Shown here one piece after another: positions 12,514 to 22,589 of a stretch of DNA of 33,710 nucleotides (the stretch's first letter is position 1; each line of letters starts with the position of its first letter). The notes beneath the pieces are model-generated. The model worked only from the letters and a program-made list of their open reading frames with translations, was not told the origin of the DNA and did not search any database. Position numbers and translations under genes: made by a program. Where the stretch lies: positions 1 through 33,710 of the forward strand of contig NW_025213909.1 of NCBI RefSeq assembly GCF_004010195.1, read 5' to 3'. Source of the stretch: Chiloscyllium plagiosum. Lineage: Eukaryota.

Positions 12514-13024
12514 CTGTGAGGAAGGAAAAAAAAACATATCAACCATCATCCTGGAGGTAAAGGGACCCGTTTATTAAAATAAGTGGAGCTGGAATAACAA
12601 CTGGGAAGGTCGGAATTACTGACAAAAATGTGACAAAAACCACAATAAACCCTCCGTCCCCAAACACACAGAGACACATCCATAAGGACAGATGGTTTCT
12701 AGAACATTCCCACACACTCGATCACTCGAGAGCAGACACAGGTCACTCCTTCCCAGTTCCTAATACGGAGGGTGGAAACGTTGATGTCCTGATGGATTCT
12801 CTCCCAGTTTCCTGAAGACAAACGGAGTTTAGTAATTTCTGTATTTTGGTCGAAATTGTGGTCGATCCTGTATCGTGAAGAAATATAAACGCAGGGAAAA
12901 CGTATTCACCCCTTTACCTGCCTGAGGGGCCTTCGGAACAGTATCTCCTTCTCCCTGGAACGGGATCTCTTCCCTCGGGATTTTATCTTTTGTTCAATTC
13001 ACTGATGTCCGGCCGTTCACAAAC

Positions 13025-13365
13025 AATGTCAGTGACAGAAAGTTACGGGGAATGACAGTTATAGAATGTGGGGGTCAGAACGTTCCGGGGAATGTGAGTT
13101 ATAGAATGTCGGGGACAGATCGTTCCGGGGAATGTCAGTTATAGAATGTTGGGGACAGAACGTTCCGATGAATGTCAGTTATAGAATGTCGGGGACAGAA
13201 CGTTCCGGGGAATGTCAGTTATAGAATGTTGTGGACAGAACGTTCCGGGTAATGTCAGTTATAGAATGGCGGGTCAGAACGTTCCGGGGAATGTCAGTTA
13301 TAGAATGTCGGGGTCAGAACGTTCTGGGGAATATCATTTATAGAATGTCGGGACAGAACGTTCCC
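13025..13365. repeat. 40-bp tandem repeat, ~8 copies (GAATGTCAGTTATAGAATGTCGGGGACAGAACGTTCCGGG)
   Basis: Copies start near 13050, 13090, 13130, 13170, 13210, 13250, 13289 and 13329. Confidence 0.95.
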
Positions 13366-13829
13366 CCTACGCTTTCCCCCCTACCCACCCCACCAATATG
13401 ATGTAATGTGCATGGATACACTGTAACATTAATGGGGTGAGAGACGGAGGGTCCAAACACAGGAATGGGAACTAAAGGCATTACCAGAGCAGCTGAAATG
13501 TTTAGATTCACCACATTCTCAATCCACCTCACGGAACCAGCCCAAACACCATAAACCCTGAGGAGATATCTGTTCACTGTGGAACACTGTGCAGACCAGG
13601 CCAATGTACTGCTCAATGCAACCCAGCAATCTGTCCAGATTCATCCATTACACTGGTTAATACAATCCAGCAATCTGTCCAGAGTGGAACACTGTGCATA
13701 TTCATCCATTGCCCTGGTCAATACAATCCGGCAAACTATCCAGATTGAAACACTGCACAGAGCATGTTAGGGCACGTATCTTCAAAAGCAGACTAGACAT
13801 CAGTGTGCTATGGGAAGCTGGAATAAATG

Positions 13830-14010
13830 CTGGAATCCAAAGTAGACATGCAGGAAGCTGGGAGAACACAACAAGCCAGGCAGCAACAGGAGGTAGAGAA
13901 GTTGACGTTTCGGGTGTAACCGTTCTGCAAGAATCCTGAAGGAGGGTTTCACCTGAAACATCAAATTCTACACCGCCTGATGCTGCCTGGATTGCTGTGT
14001 TCCTCCAGCA
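13830..14010. mobile_element. Palindromic element made of two inverted Penelope-type terminal segments
   Basis: 13857-13932 is an imperfect reverse complement of 13934-14009. The arms resemble the Penelope-type end at 33535-33645. Confidence 0.7.
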
Positions 14011-14014
14011 AGTA

Positions 14015-14820
14015 TTCAGCATTGGAAGCAGTGCACCACACCTATGCATTTATCTATAAACCCGGAATAGATATCTGTCCAGCACGGGGAGCTGTGCAGA
14101 CCACAGCAGTGCATTGATCTATAAACGGGGACTAGATATCTGTGGAGCATGGGGAGCTGTCCAGAACACAGCAGGGCACTAATGTGTGAACCTGAAACAA
14201 ATATCCATCCAGCATGGGAGCTGCACAGACCACATCAACCAGATAGTCTGACCAGCACAGCGAACTGTGCAGTGATCACTGGTGAATTAATCCGTAAACC
14301 ATGAGCTGTTACCCTCCCAGCATGCAGGACTGTGTACACCACCCCAGTGCATTGATCTGTAAACCAGGAGCAGTTAACCTCCCAGCATGTAGGACTGTGT
14401 ACACCACCTCAGTGCATTGATTTGTAAAGCAGGAGCAGTTACCCTCCCAGCATTTAGGACTGTGTACACCACCCAAGTGCATTGATCTGTAAACCAGAGA
14501 CAGTTATCCTCCCAGCATGTAGGACTGTATACCCCACCCCAGTGCATTGATCTGTAACCTAGGAGCAGTTCCCCTCCCAGCATGTAGAGCTGTGTACATC
14601 ACCCCATGCACTGATCTGTAACCCAGGAGCAGTTACCATCCCAGCATGTAGAGCTGTGTACAACACCCAAGTGCATTGATCTGAAAATCAGAGGCAGTTA
14701 CCCTCCCAGCATGTAGGACTGTGTACACCACTCCAGTGCATTGATCTGTAAACCAGGAGCAGTTACCCTCCTAACATGTAGAGCTGTGTATACCACGCCA
14801 GTGCATTGCTCAGTAACACT
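14015..14820. repeat. 65-bp tandem repeat (CCCAGCATGTAGGACTGTGTACACCACCCCAGTGCATTGATCTGTAAACCAGGAGCAGTTACCCT), 8 good copies plus decayed upstream copies
   Basis: Units start at 14316, 14381, 14446, 14511, 14576, 14640, 14705 and 14770. Diverged units lie at 14015-14315. Confidence 0.95.
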
Positions 14821-16479
14821 GTGTTACATCCCTGCGCAGTATGGGGAAACTAGCAGCCCATGCTGGAAGTGACAGGATGTGCAGCTCCCGCCCATGTACA
14901 GCTCCATATCTCCATTGTGCCATGACAAAGGGGTGCTGAGAGTGTGAACATCACTGCCAGAGAGAGATGGCGGGGAAATCAGCTTAAATAGCACCACATG
15001 GGAGGGGTTTGGGGTGTAGACAGAGAGGGGGAGACTGAGAGACAGTGTCATGGACGGATGTGTTCCCAGGTTTCAGAATGCTGAAATGTAGACACTTCGA
15101 TCGCATCCTGTAACATGAGCCTGTCTTCCCAGGATAGATGGGAAAAAGGGATAATAGTGTGAAGGCAGATGAGCATTTGTTCTGCATCTTTGTAACTGGA
15201 AGTGGTTTCAACAGAATCTATGACTCATTGGGCAGATTCTGACAATATGTTTTCTCAGTGCAATTTCATTGAGTGTGACAGAGGGATTGTCTGTCCGAGG
15301 CTGAGGTAGTTTCCTGGTGCTATCTTATCGAACTCACCTCCTTAACTATCCACCCCACCCCATGGTGTCCCTCTCATTCACTACCAGCCCGATTCTTCCA
15401 CCCATCATGGCAGGAGGTGCTCACCATCACCCGGGTGCCCCTGGATATTCCGTGATCCTTGACACTAGTGTCATCTTTAACAGGCCAATGGACACACAGT
15501 TGAGCTTTCTCAGTTTGGAGCTGCCCTGCACAGTTTACCCCGAGCATGGCAGCTAAGGAGCAATTACACCACAATTTGTCGACGGGGCATGGAGGTCCGG
15601 GTGGATGGGCTAGTACAGAGGGGGACCACCCTTCTCCCACACCACCAGACCCACCAAGCATGGTCTAAGCTCCCCACCCAGATCAGTGAAGAATCTGCCG
15701 TCTGAAGAAATGTCCAGCAATACAGGACAAGCATTAATAACCTTCCCCGTTCTGTCAGGATAAGGGTCACCATATTCTCTCTGCTCCCTTACACTCACGG
15801 TCTATCTGTTATCGCAGCTACCCCCGAACAAGGCTCATGCTCCATCACTCTCACTACTGCACGCAGCACCTTCCCCCATCTCGCCCCTCTCTCTCTCTTC
15901 CCTCCACTTTACCCGCTACATAAATAATACTGCATGGATACAACTCTGTGGACTGACTCCCTCCGGAAACCTCACCATGTGCTCTCTCCCCACCTACACT
16001 AACACTAACAGCAGGGATCTCCCTCAGACTCTCTCTTTATGTCCTATTCCAGGGGAAACAGCCTGGAATAGGACAGAAAGGGCCAAGCCGGGCGGTGGAG
16101 TGACCGATCTCTGTTCCCTCACTCCCCCCGCCCCCCGCCATGTGGTACGAGTCGGAGAGGACCGGGACGCCTCATGTGGAGATTCTGAAACATCCACGTC
16201 CCACCGACCGAGTAAGGAGCAATTTTCAGTGAAGGGCAATTCTCACTTTAAACCCACTGGCAGCTCCGTTTCCCCCCTGCACAACTTAGAAGCCGTGGCC
16301 CTGATGAATCTCCCTTTTATGTTGAGCTGGTACAAATGGAATCCCCACGGTCTCGGTGGGCAGGAGGGTGGGCTCACAACACCACGTCACCACCACCTCC
16401 CAGGAAGGCAGAACCGAGACTCCCTCCTATACCTCACCCTGGAAACGGCTCAGATACTGAAACTAATCTGTGATAGTTA

Positions 16480-16790
16480 CTGCTCTCCCCACTTGTCCTG
16501 ATATATTCAATAATCTGTGCTCATCTCCACGCAGCGCTCTCTGCTCCTGCACCCTCTTTATAATGGCAGAGCCTGTTTTAAACTGTCTTTCATTGTCTTT
16601 CCTACCAAAGTGTATTACCTCACATAGCTCTGCATTGATCCCCATCTGCCATAAACCTGAACACTACACCAACGTGTGATTGTCCTGTTAGAGTGCCACA
16701 CTGTCCTCCATAGACTTCAGAGTTCTTCCAGGTTCGGTGCCATCTACAAACATTGAGATTGTTATAGCGTCACAGTCGCCATGAAACAAC
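16480..16790 (-). mobile_element. CR1-type LINE RT fragment, degenerate
   Basis: Minus strand reads ISMFVDGT (decayed FADDT) and WQMGINAELCEVIHFGRKDN, a typical CR1 RT C-terminal motif. Confidence 0.75.
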
Positions 16791-16989
16791 TGAAATCCTG
16801 CCCCACACACACGAGTGTGAGCAAGTGAAATACTGCTATATTCCCATGGACGGAGTCGAATAATGACATGCTGTCAATGGAGCAACAAAAATCCTGACAC
16901 ATACGAGACAGAGTAGATGAAATATTGACAATCCACAGAGCAAGGTAAATCTGGATACGTTCCACTTATCGATATTCATCAGGGTATAA

Positions 16990-17330
16990 TGTGATGAAGT
17001 TGAAAGCGTGTACTGTACCTTTAAGAGAGGGTGAGTGCTGTTCTGAACTGACAGCTTTCAAGCACCTGAGATATGAGAGGATGGCAGACCCAGAAGCAAT
17101 ATAGACCTGGAGTTGGGTCATAAGCAGTTAAGAGAAAGGGGGGTCCCAGAGTTGTGAATAGTTGATGTAAAATGTTCACTTTCAGAGTGAAAAAAATAAA
17201 TTGAAGTTTTTATTTAAACTGTAGAATTTGGCAGATCTGTCACTCATATTTTAACAGTTTACGAGGCGAATTGAGCATTTCTTTATGTTGCATTTAAGTT
17301 ACCAGATGAGTGTCACGCCGTGTCCTAGCA
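16990..17330 (+). mobile_element. Solo-LTR-like element (TG…CA), short version
   Basis: Begins TGTGATGAAG and ends GTCCTAGCA, with an internal AATAAA. Both ends and an internal block (tctgtcactcatattttaacag…tacgagg) match the reverse complement of 24447-25170. Confidence 0.55.
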
Positions 17331-17407
17331 ATTGCTGTATGTGTGTATCTTGTGTGTCTCTGTGTGGGGCAGGTCTGGCAGTCTCTGTGGTGCTTAAAGT
17401 GATGCAA

Positions 17408-17425
17408 TGCCACCCTCTGCTGGCC
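17408..17425 (-). promoter_or_regulatory. CTCF-like motif
   Basis: Minus strand GGCCAGCAGAGGGTGGCA resembles the CTCF core CCASYAGRKGGCR. This is a motif match only. Confidence 0.25.
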
Positions 17426-17499
17426 TCCCTACGTCACTGTACAGGCATTGGTAGAGGGTGAAAACCAACAGAGATTCATTCAGAGGGGGAGGGAGAGGG

Positions 17500-18358
17500 C
17501 AGCTACTCACAGCACCATCCAAACTGATGTCTCATCCACGGACTGATCTAAATGTCCTTTAAACGTTGTAACTGTCCCTGCTTTCACCTCTTCCTCTGGA
17601 AGTTCATTCCACAACAAGCCAGATTCTGTCTAAAATAATTACCTCTCATGACTTTTGTAATTTTTTTTCCTCGCACCATAAAATATATCTCAGTTTTGAA
17701 TCCCCAGTCCTTCAGTTTATCTGTACCCCTCACTATTTTATAAACCTCTGTAAAGTTACCCCTTAATCTTATACGCTCCAGTGAAAAAGGTCCCAGCCAT
17801 CTCAGCCTCTCCTTATAGCTCAATCACTCCTTTCCCAGCAACATCCATGTTAATCACTTCTGAACCATCTCCCGCTTAATAATATCAAAGTCAATAATAT
17901 CAAAGTGAATAGTCAAGGTATTTTCTGAGGGTATGGGGAGTCCAAAATAAAGGACATAGACTTAAGGTGCGATGGGAACATTTAAAAGTGACCTAAGGGG
18001 CAGCTTTTTCATCCAGAGGGTGGTGTGCCTATGGAATGAGCGGACAGGATGACAAGACTGGACACAGTATTCCGGAAGGCATCTCACCAATGTCCTGTAC
18101 AACCTCAACATATCGTTCCAATTCCTATAATCAAAGGTCTGACCAATGAAGACATGTGTGCTAAACACCTTCTTAACCACACTAACTGTATGAGATGCAA
18201 ATTTTGAAGAATTATACCTGACGGCCTCGGTCTCTGTTCTACAACACTGCCAAAGGCCCTGCTTTTAATTGTATAGATCCTGTTCTTATTTGATTTACCA
18301 AATCCAATATCTCGCATTAATCCAAACTAAACTCCATCTGCCACCCCTCAGCCCAGTG
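17500..18358 (-). mobile_element. CR1-type LINE 3' part, interrupted by an opposite-strand CR1 fragment
   Basis: MSYKERLRWLGPFSLERIRLRGNFTEVYKIVRG (17584-17823) and MLRLYRTLVRCLPEYCVQ (~18050-18110) are CR1 ORF2 C-terminal motifs. Confidence 0.85.
17893..18043 (+). mobile_element. Short CR1 3' fragment nested in the opposite orientation
   Basis: …ggacatagacttaaggtg…gacctaaggggcagctttttcatccagagggtggtgtgcctatggaatgagc matches the + strand CR1 3' regions at 21080-21190 and 23620-23720. Confidence 0.7.
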
Positions 18359-18762
18359 TGTGATAATACTACCTCCTCATCTTCCCCGTTTAATTTTAAA
18401 ATGCCCATACGCTCTCCAGGATGCCTGCACACTCTGGCCTTGATTTTCACAAAGGCCCTGAGCTTGGTTTGCCTTGTATGGTTCGGGGGAGGAGGGACAG
18501 ATTGCAGACACAGTCATTGGGGAGGAGAGGCTGGACAGTAATCACCGACAGTAATCATGGTTTTAGGAAGAAGCCAGTTGCATGTTAGAGTTAGGTAATA
18601 CTGATTGGTTTTTTGGGGTCAGAAATTAAGTTCTTCCTTCGTCTCTGATGTTGAGTAATAAATATCTATTTTAGACCCTTCATTGGGCAGAGTGTGTCTG
18701 CAGGATTTCTTTCCCTAATATTGTAGACTACAGAGAATAGCAATTAAAGATGTTCATAGTTA

Positions 18763-20455
18763 TAGATGTAGGTTGGTTCGGTGAGCTGAAAGGTTCATTT
18801 CCAGACGTCTCATTGCCTTACGAGGTGACATCTTTAGTGGAAGAAGGATCCAACACACCACACTTCTACGGATTATCCAAAATTCACAAACGAGGCACCC
18901 CCCTCAGACCTATAGTCTCACTACCTGGAACACCAACTTCCACACTGGCCAAGGAGCTACACCAAAGACGAAGATACTTAGTAGAAGGCTCACACCACTC
19001 CATCCACTCCACCCAAGAATTCCTGAGCACCATTAAAGACACTAAGATAGAAGAGGATGAAATAATGGTCAGCGTTGATGTAACAACCCTGTTTACCTCA
19101 GTCAACATTAACCTGGCCAAGGAAACACTGACTACACTATTAGAAGACCGAAAGTCACAGACACCAAACACCACTAACTTCATTAACAAGGAGAATATCA
19201 TTGAGCTAGTTGGCCTATGGCTTACCACCCACTTGTCCTTCAACAACAAAACTTACAAACAAACGAATGGAACACCCATGGGGTTTCCGATATTAGGGTA
19301 CTTGGTAGAGGCAGTAATGCAGAGACTTGAGTAAACAGATTTGCCAATCATCCAACCCAAACTCTGGGTCCGCTACGTGGATGATACCTTTGTCATCACT
19401 AAACGAAACAAGTTAGAAGGAACTTTCAAGATCATCAATAATACACTTACTGGCATAAATTTCACTAAAGAGGAGGAAAACAACAACAGGCCGCCATTCC
19501 TAGATGTTACAGTAGAGTGAACAGCCACTGGGGAGCTTCAAACCAACGTCTACAGAAAAACAACACATATGGACCAAATATTGAACTACTGAAGTAATCA
19601 TCGCAACACCCACAAACAAAATTGCATCAGAACATTATTTCAACGAGTCGACACACTCTGCAGCACAAATGTACCACACAGAGCAGAGGAAAATCACCTA
19701 TACTGTGTATTCAAAAAGAATGGGTACCCAATGATCGCAGTCCTCCAATTTCTCAGCAACAAACCCAAACAAGCAGACAAAACACGTCCAGATAGCCTAG
19801 CCACTCTCCCCGACATCAAAGACATCTCGGAAATGACTGCCAGACTACTCAGATCCCTTGGCATCATTGTAGCCCACAAACCAACCAACACAATAGCAGC
19901 TAATGAACTTGAACGACCCTATACAGACAATGAGCAAATCTAATGTCATTTACAAACTACCGTGCAAGTACTGTAACAATCAATACGTTGACAAACAGAC
20001 AGAAAACTAGGATACATGAACACCAAATAGCCACAATAGGACATGACCGTTTCTCACTAGTATCCTCAAATAAAGATTAAGAAGAACACCATTTCGACTG
20101 GGACAATACATCCATCCAAGGACAAGCCAATCAAAGACTTGCACAAGAATTCCTAGAAGCATGGCATTCCAACCAGAAACACATCAAGTTTGACCCCATC
20201 TACCACCCGCTGAGAAAAGGAACATGAAGTGACTTCACCACACGAATAACATCATCAAAGGAAATGACATCACAGACTCAATGAAACCCAGACATATAAA
20301 TAGAAAGCAGAAAGTTTCAGCATTGCTTTGCATAAAGTCGACTGAAGATGTTACCCAGTAAAGTAATGAAACGTCTGGAAATGAACCTTTCAGCTCAGCG
20401 AGCAAACCTATATCAAAAGCCTCAACCTGAGCTACAAATCTTTTCAAAACTCACT
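18763..20455 (+). mobile_element. Penelope-like retroelement (RT plus GIY-YIG endonuclease), 5'-truncated and decayed, with inverted terminal segment and 13-bp TSD
   Basis: RT motifs PHFYGLSKIHK, PLRPIVS, SVDVTTLFT and QTNGTPMG, then YVDD at 19374-19385 after an in-frame TAA at 19332. GIY-YIG remnant NVIYKLPCKYCNNQYV at ~19942-19990. 18765-18840 is an inverted copy of 20340-20414. ATGTTCATAGTTA is duplicated at 18750-18762 and 20456-20468. Confidence 0.93.
20340..20378 (+). ncRNA. Minimal hammerhead-ribozyme-like motif in the Penelope terminal repeat
   Basis: CTGAAGA (20342-20348), stem II GTTAC/GTAAT (20350-20354/20363-20367), GAAA (20368-20371), CGTC (20372-20375). Confidence 0.55.
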
Positions 20456-20630
20456 ATGTTCATAGTTAATTTTGATGGCACAGCACGTGCACTCAACATG
20501 CTACAGTTGAGACAAATACTTTGCACTTGTTTAACAACACGAAGTGTTTTTTGTAGTTCAGTAATGGTAACCTGATAATAATAAATCCACACTGAGCTGA
20601 AAGGGGGCACTAAAATATGACCCAAAATCT

Positions 20631-20880
20631 GGGTATGGTAGTGTAGTGGGTAGTGTACCTGCCTCTGAGCCAGAACTCTGGATTTGATTCCAATTCCTGA
20701 ACTTGTATAGTAGTGTTCCTAGCTCTGGACTAGAAAGTCTGGATGCAAGTCCTGCCTATTGCAGAAGTATGTCACAGCATGTCAGAACAGGCTGATGAGC
20801 AAACATACCTCCGGGCACAAAGGTCTCCGTGTAAATCCCACAGAAGTGTCTCAGGATACATCTGAACAAACTGATTAAAA
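20631..20880 (+). mobile_element. Degenerate tRNA-derived SINE heads, ~3 in tandem
   Basis: A-box-like TGGTAGTGTAGTGG and B-box-like GGATTTGATTCC in the first unit. Similar truncated units follow at ~20706 and ~20808. Confidence 0.45.
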
Positions 20881-20999
20881 TGGATTTAGAATTGTGACTT
20901 GATGGAGAAGGAAGAGGTGTTAGTATTAAATTTCAGAATTTAGGCCCGGGATGACTGAAAGCATAGTTAATCGTGTTGATTGGAGTCACATTTCGCAGC

Positions 21000-21234
21000 A
21001 GTAGAGGTTTATAAAATCACAATGGTCATGGATAGGGTGAGTAGTCAGGGTTTTCCGCCTGGTTGGGGGGGGGGGGGGAGAAACTAGAGAGAATTGTTTT
21101 GAAGTGAGAGGGGAAAGGTTTTGGTGAGGTCTTAGGGGCACCTTTTCATGAGAGGGTGGTGTGCGCATGGAATGAGCTGCCAGAGGAGGTGATGGAGGCA
21201 GGTACAACTACAATATGTAAACGGCATCTGGATG
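21000..21234 (+). mobile_element. CR1-type LINE 3' fragment
   Basis: agaggtttataaaatc…gagggtggtgtgcgcatggaatgagctgccagaggaggtg (EVYKI…RVVCAWNELPEEV). Confidence 0.8.
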
Positions 21235-21667
21235 CTGTCAGACCTGCCGAACTTATCCTGCAATTTCTGTATTTGTTTAAAAGAATGCATTCATTTTAAC
21301 ACAGGTATTCTGAATACATTAAACATTTATTTTTTAATGACGCAGGGACATATAAACATATCTTCAAATCGGCCGAGACCATTTTCTGCTAAGTCGTCTG
21401 GCTCTCTGTATGACAGCAGCAAAGATGCACCTAGGTGGAGCAGGAAATGTGATGGAGACATAGTTAGGACAACCTACAAGGAAATCTGACATGATCCAGT
21501 TTGGGAGAGGATGACATTAATGTGTGATTCAACTCAGAGAGGGAGAAAATGTAATCTGCCTGAGAAGAAAATGCCTATTGCACTTTCTCTCCTTCATTGT
21601 TCCTCATCACAGCAATGTGTGCGAGCTTAAAAAAAACCTCTACACTTATCGTTACCATTCTTGTTTT

Positions 21668-22001
21668 CATAGAATTCCTGAAGTGTGCAAACAGGCCCTT
21701 CGGCACAACATACACATACCAACCTTCCAAAGAGTATCCTTCCCAGACCCGTTCCCCTGCATTTACCCCTGATAATGTAACTAACCTAAAAACCCCTCAA
21801 CATTGTGGGCCATTTAGCACGACCACTCCACCTAACCTGCACAGACTTGGACTGTGGGAGGATCCAGAGAACCCATTAGAAGCTCACGCAGACAGGGGAG
21901 AATGCGCAAACTCCACACAGATAATCGCCCAAGGCTGGAATCGAACGCAAGTCCCTGCTGCTGTGAAACAGCAGTGCTAGCCACTGAGCCACTGTATTGC
22001 C
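21668..22001 (-). mobile_element. HE1-type shark SINE (tRNA-derived head, central core, CR1-derived tail)
   Basis: Minus strand starts GGCAATACAGTGGCTCAGTGGCTAGCACTGCTG (A box) …GTTCGATTCC (B box) …TGTGTGGAGTTTGCGCATTCTCCCC… and ends in a CR1-like tail (gccgaagggcctgttt). Confidence 0.85.
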
Positions 22002-22241
22002 TTTTGGGCGAGCCCTGACGAGAAGTAATTGGAATCTCCTCACTGTCTAATGCAAAGGGAATTCAGCCAAATCCAGCAGTTCCAGGATGAAATCCCATTG
22101 TTAGCAGCTTGTGTGAGTAGAATGTCTTCAGAAACAGGATAACATTTTGGGCAATCTCTCAATTTTTACTTTTGTCATGAATTACACTAATGTCTGAGCA
22201 AAGTGCTTTCAACGTGAAATTGCAGTGATTTTGTTTATCGG

Positions 22242-22295
22242 GTGCGTGTGTGTGTGTTTCTTGTGTGCATGTTTGTCTGTGTGTGTGCGCGCGTT

Positions 22296-22326
<31 letters not shown>

Positions 22327-22360
22327 GTGTGTGTGTGTGTGAGTGTGTGTGTGTCAGTGT
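22242..22360. repeat. (TG)n microsatellite, imperfect
   Basis: Long TG dinucleotide run. Confidence 0.97.
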
Positions 22361-22589
22361 TTTTAGAAAGGGAAATATCGATTCTTTATTTGCAATATCC
22401 AAATCGTTTGCCATTCATCTTTCCATCATAGTTGTAGTAACATTATTCTGCATCAAAAACGTGCTATTAGAGCACATTAAAGAAACTAGTCTGACTTTTT
22501 CCTAAAAAACTGCCCCTGACCCAGTCTGAGACCGATATCATCGGCCACATCACCATTTACATTTAACATTTGTTGTGAGCAGTGGAAGA

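Noticed and set aside
13025..14820. CRISPR-like appearance of the regularly spaced 40-bp and 65-bp repeats
   Set aside because: The units are head-to-tail with no unique spacers, there are no cas genes, and the context is vertebrate.
15125..15165. Minus-strand YYPFFPSILG as a closer candidate for GPCR exon 1
   Set aside because: Poor match to YYPxLAxxGVP and no GT donor at the required phase. The 27451 exon fits much better.
16292..16340. CTGATGA as another hammerhead core
   Set aside because: No stem II followed by GAAA downstream.
18750..19334. 194-aa ORF as a host gene or active RT
   Set aside because: It starts in the TSD, crosses the inverted terminal repeat and stops before YVDD. It is a decayed Penelope fragment.
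21930..22001. tRNA gene on the minus strand
   Set aside because: The A/B boxes continue into SINE core and LINE-derived tail sequence, so this is a SINE head.
22225..22505. Cys/Val-rich ORFs
   Set aside because: Translations of the (TG)n microsatellite.
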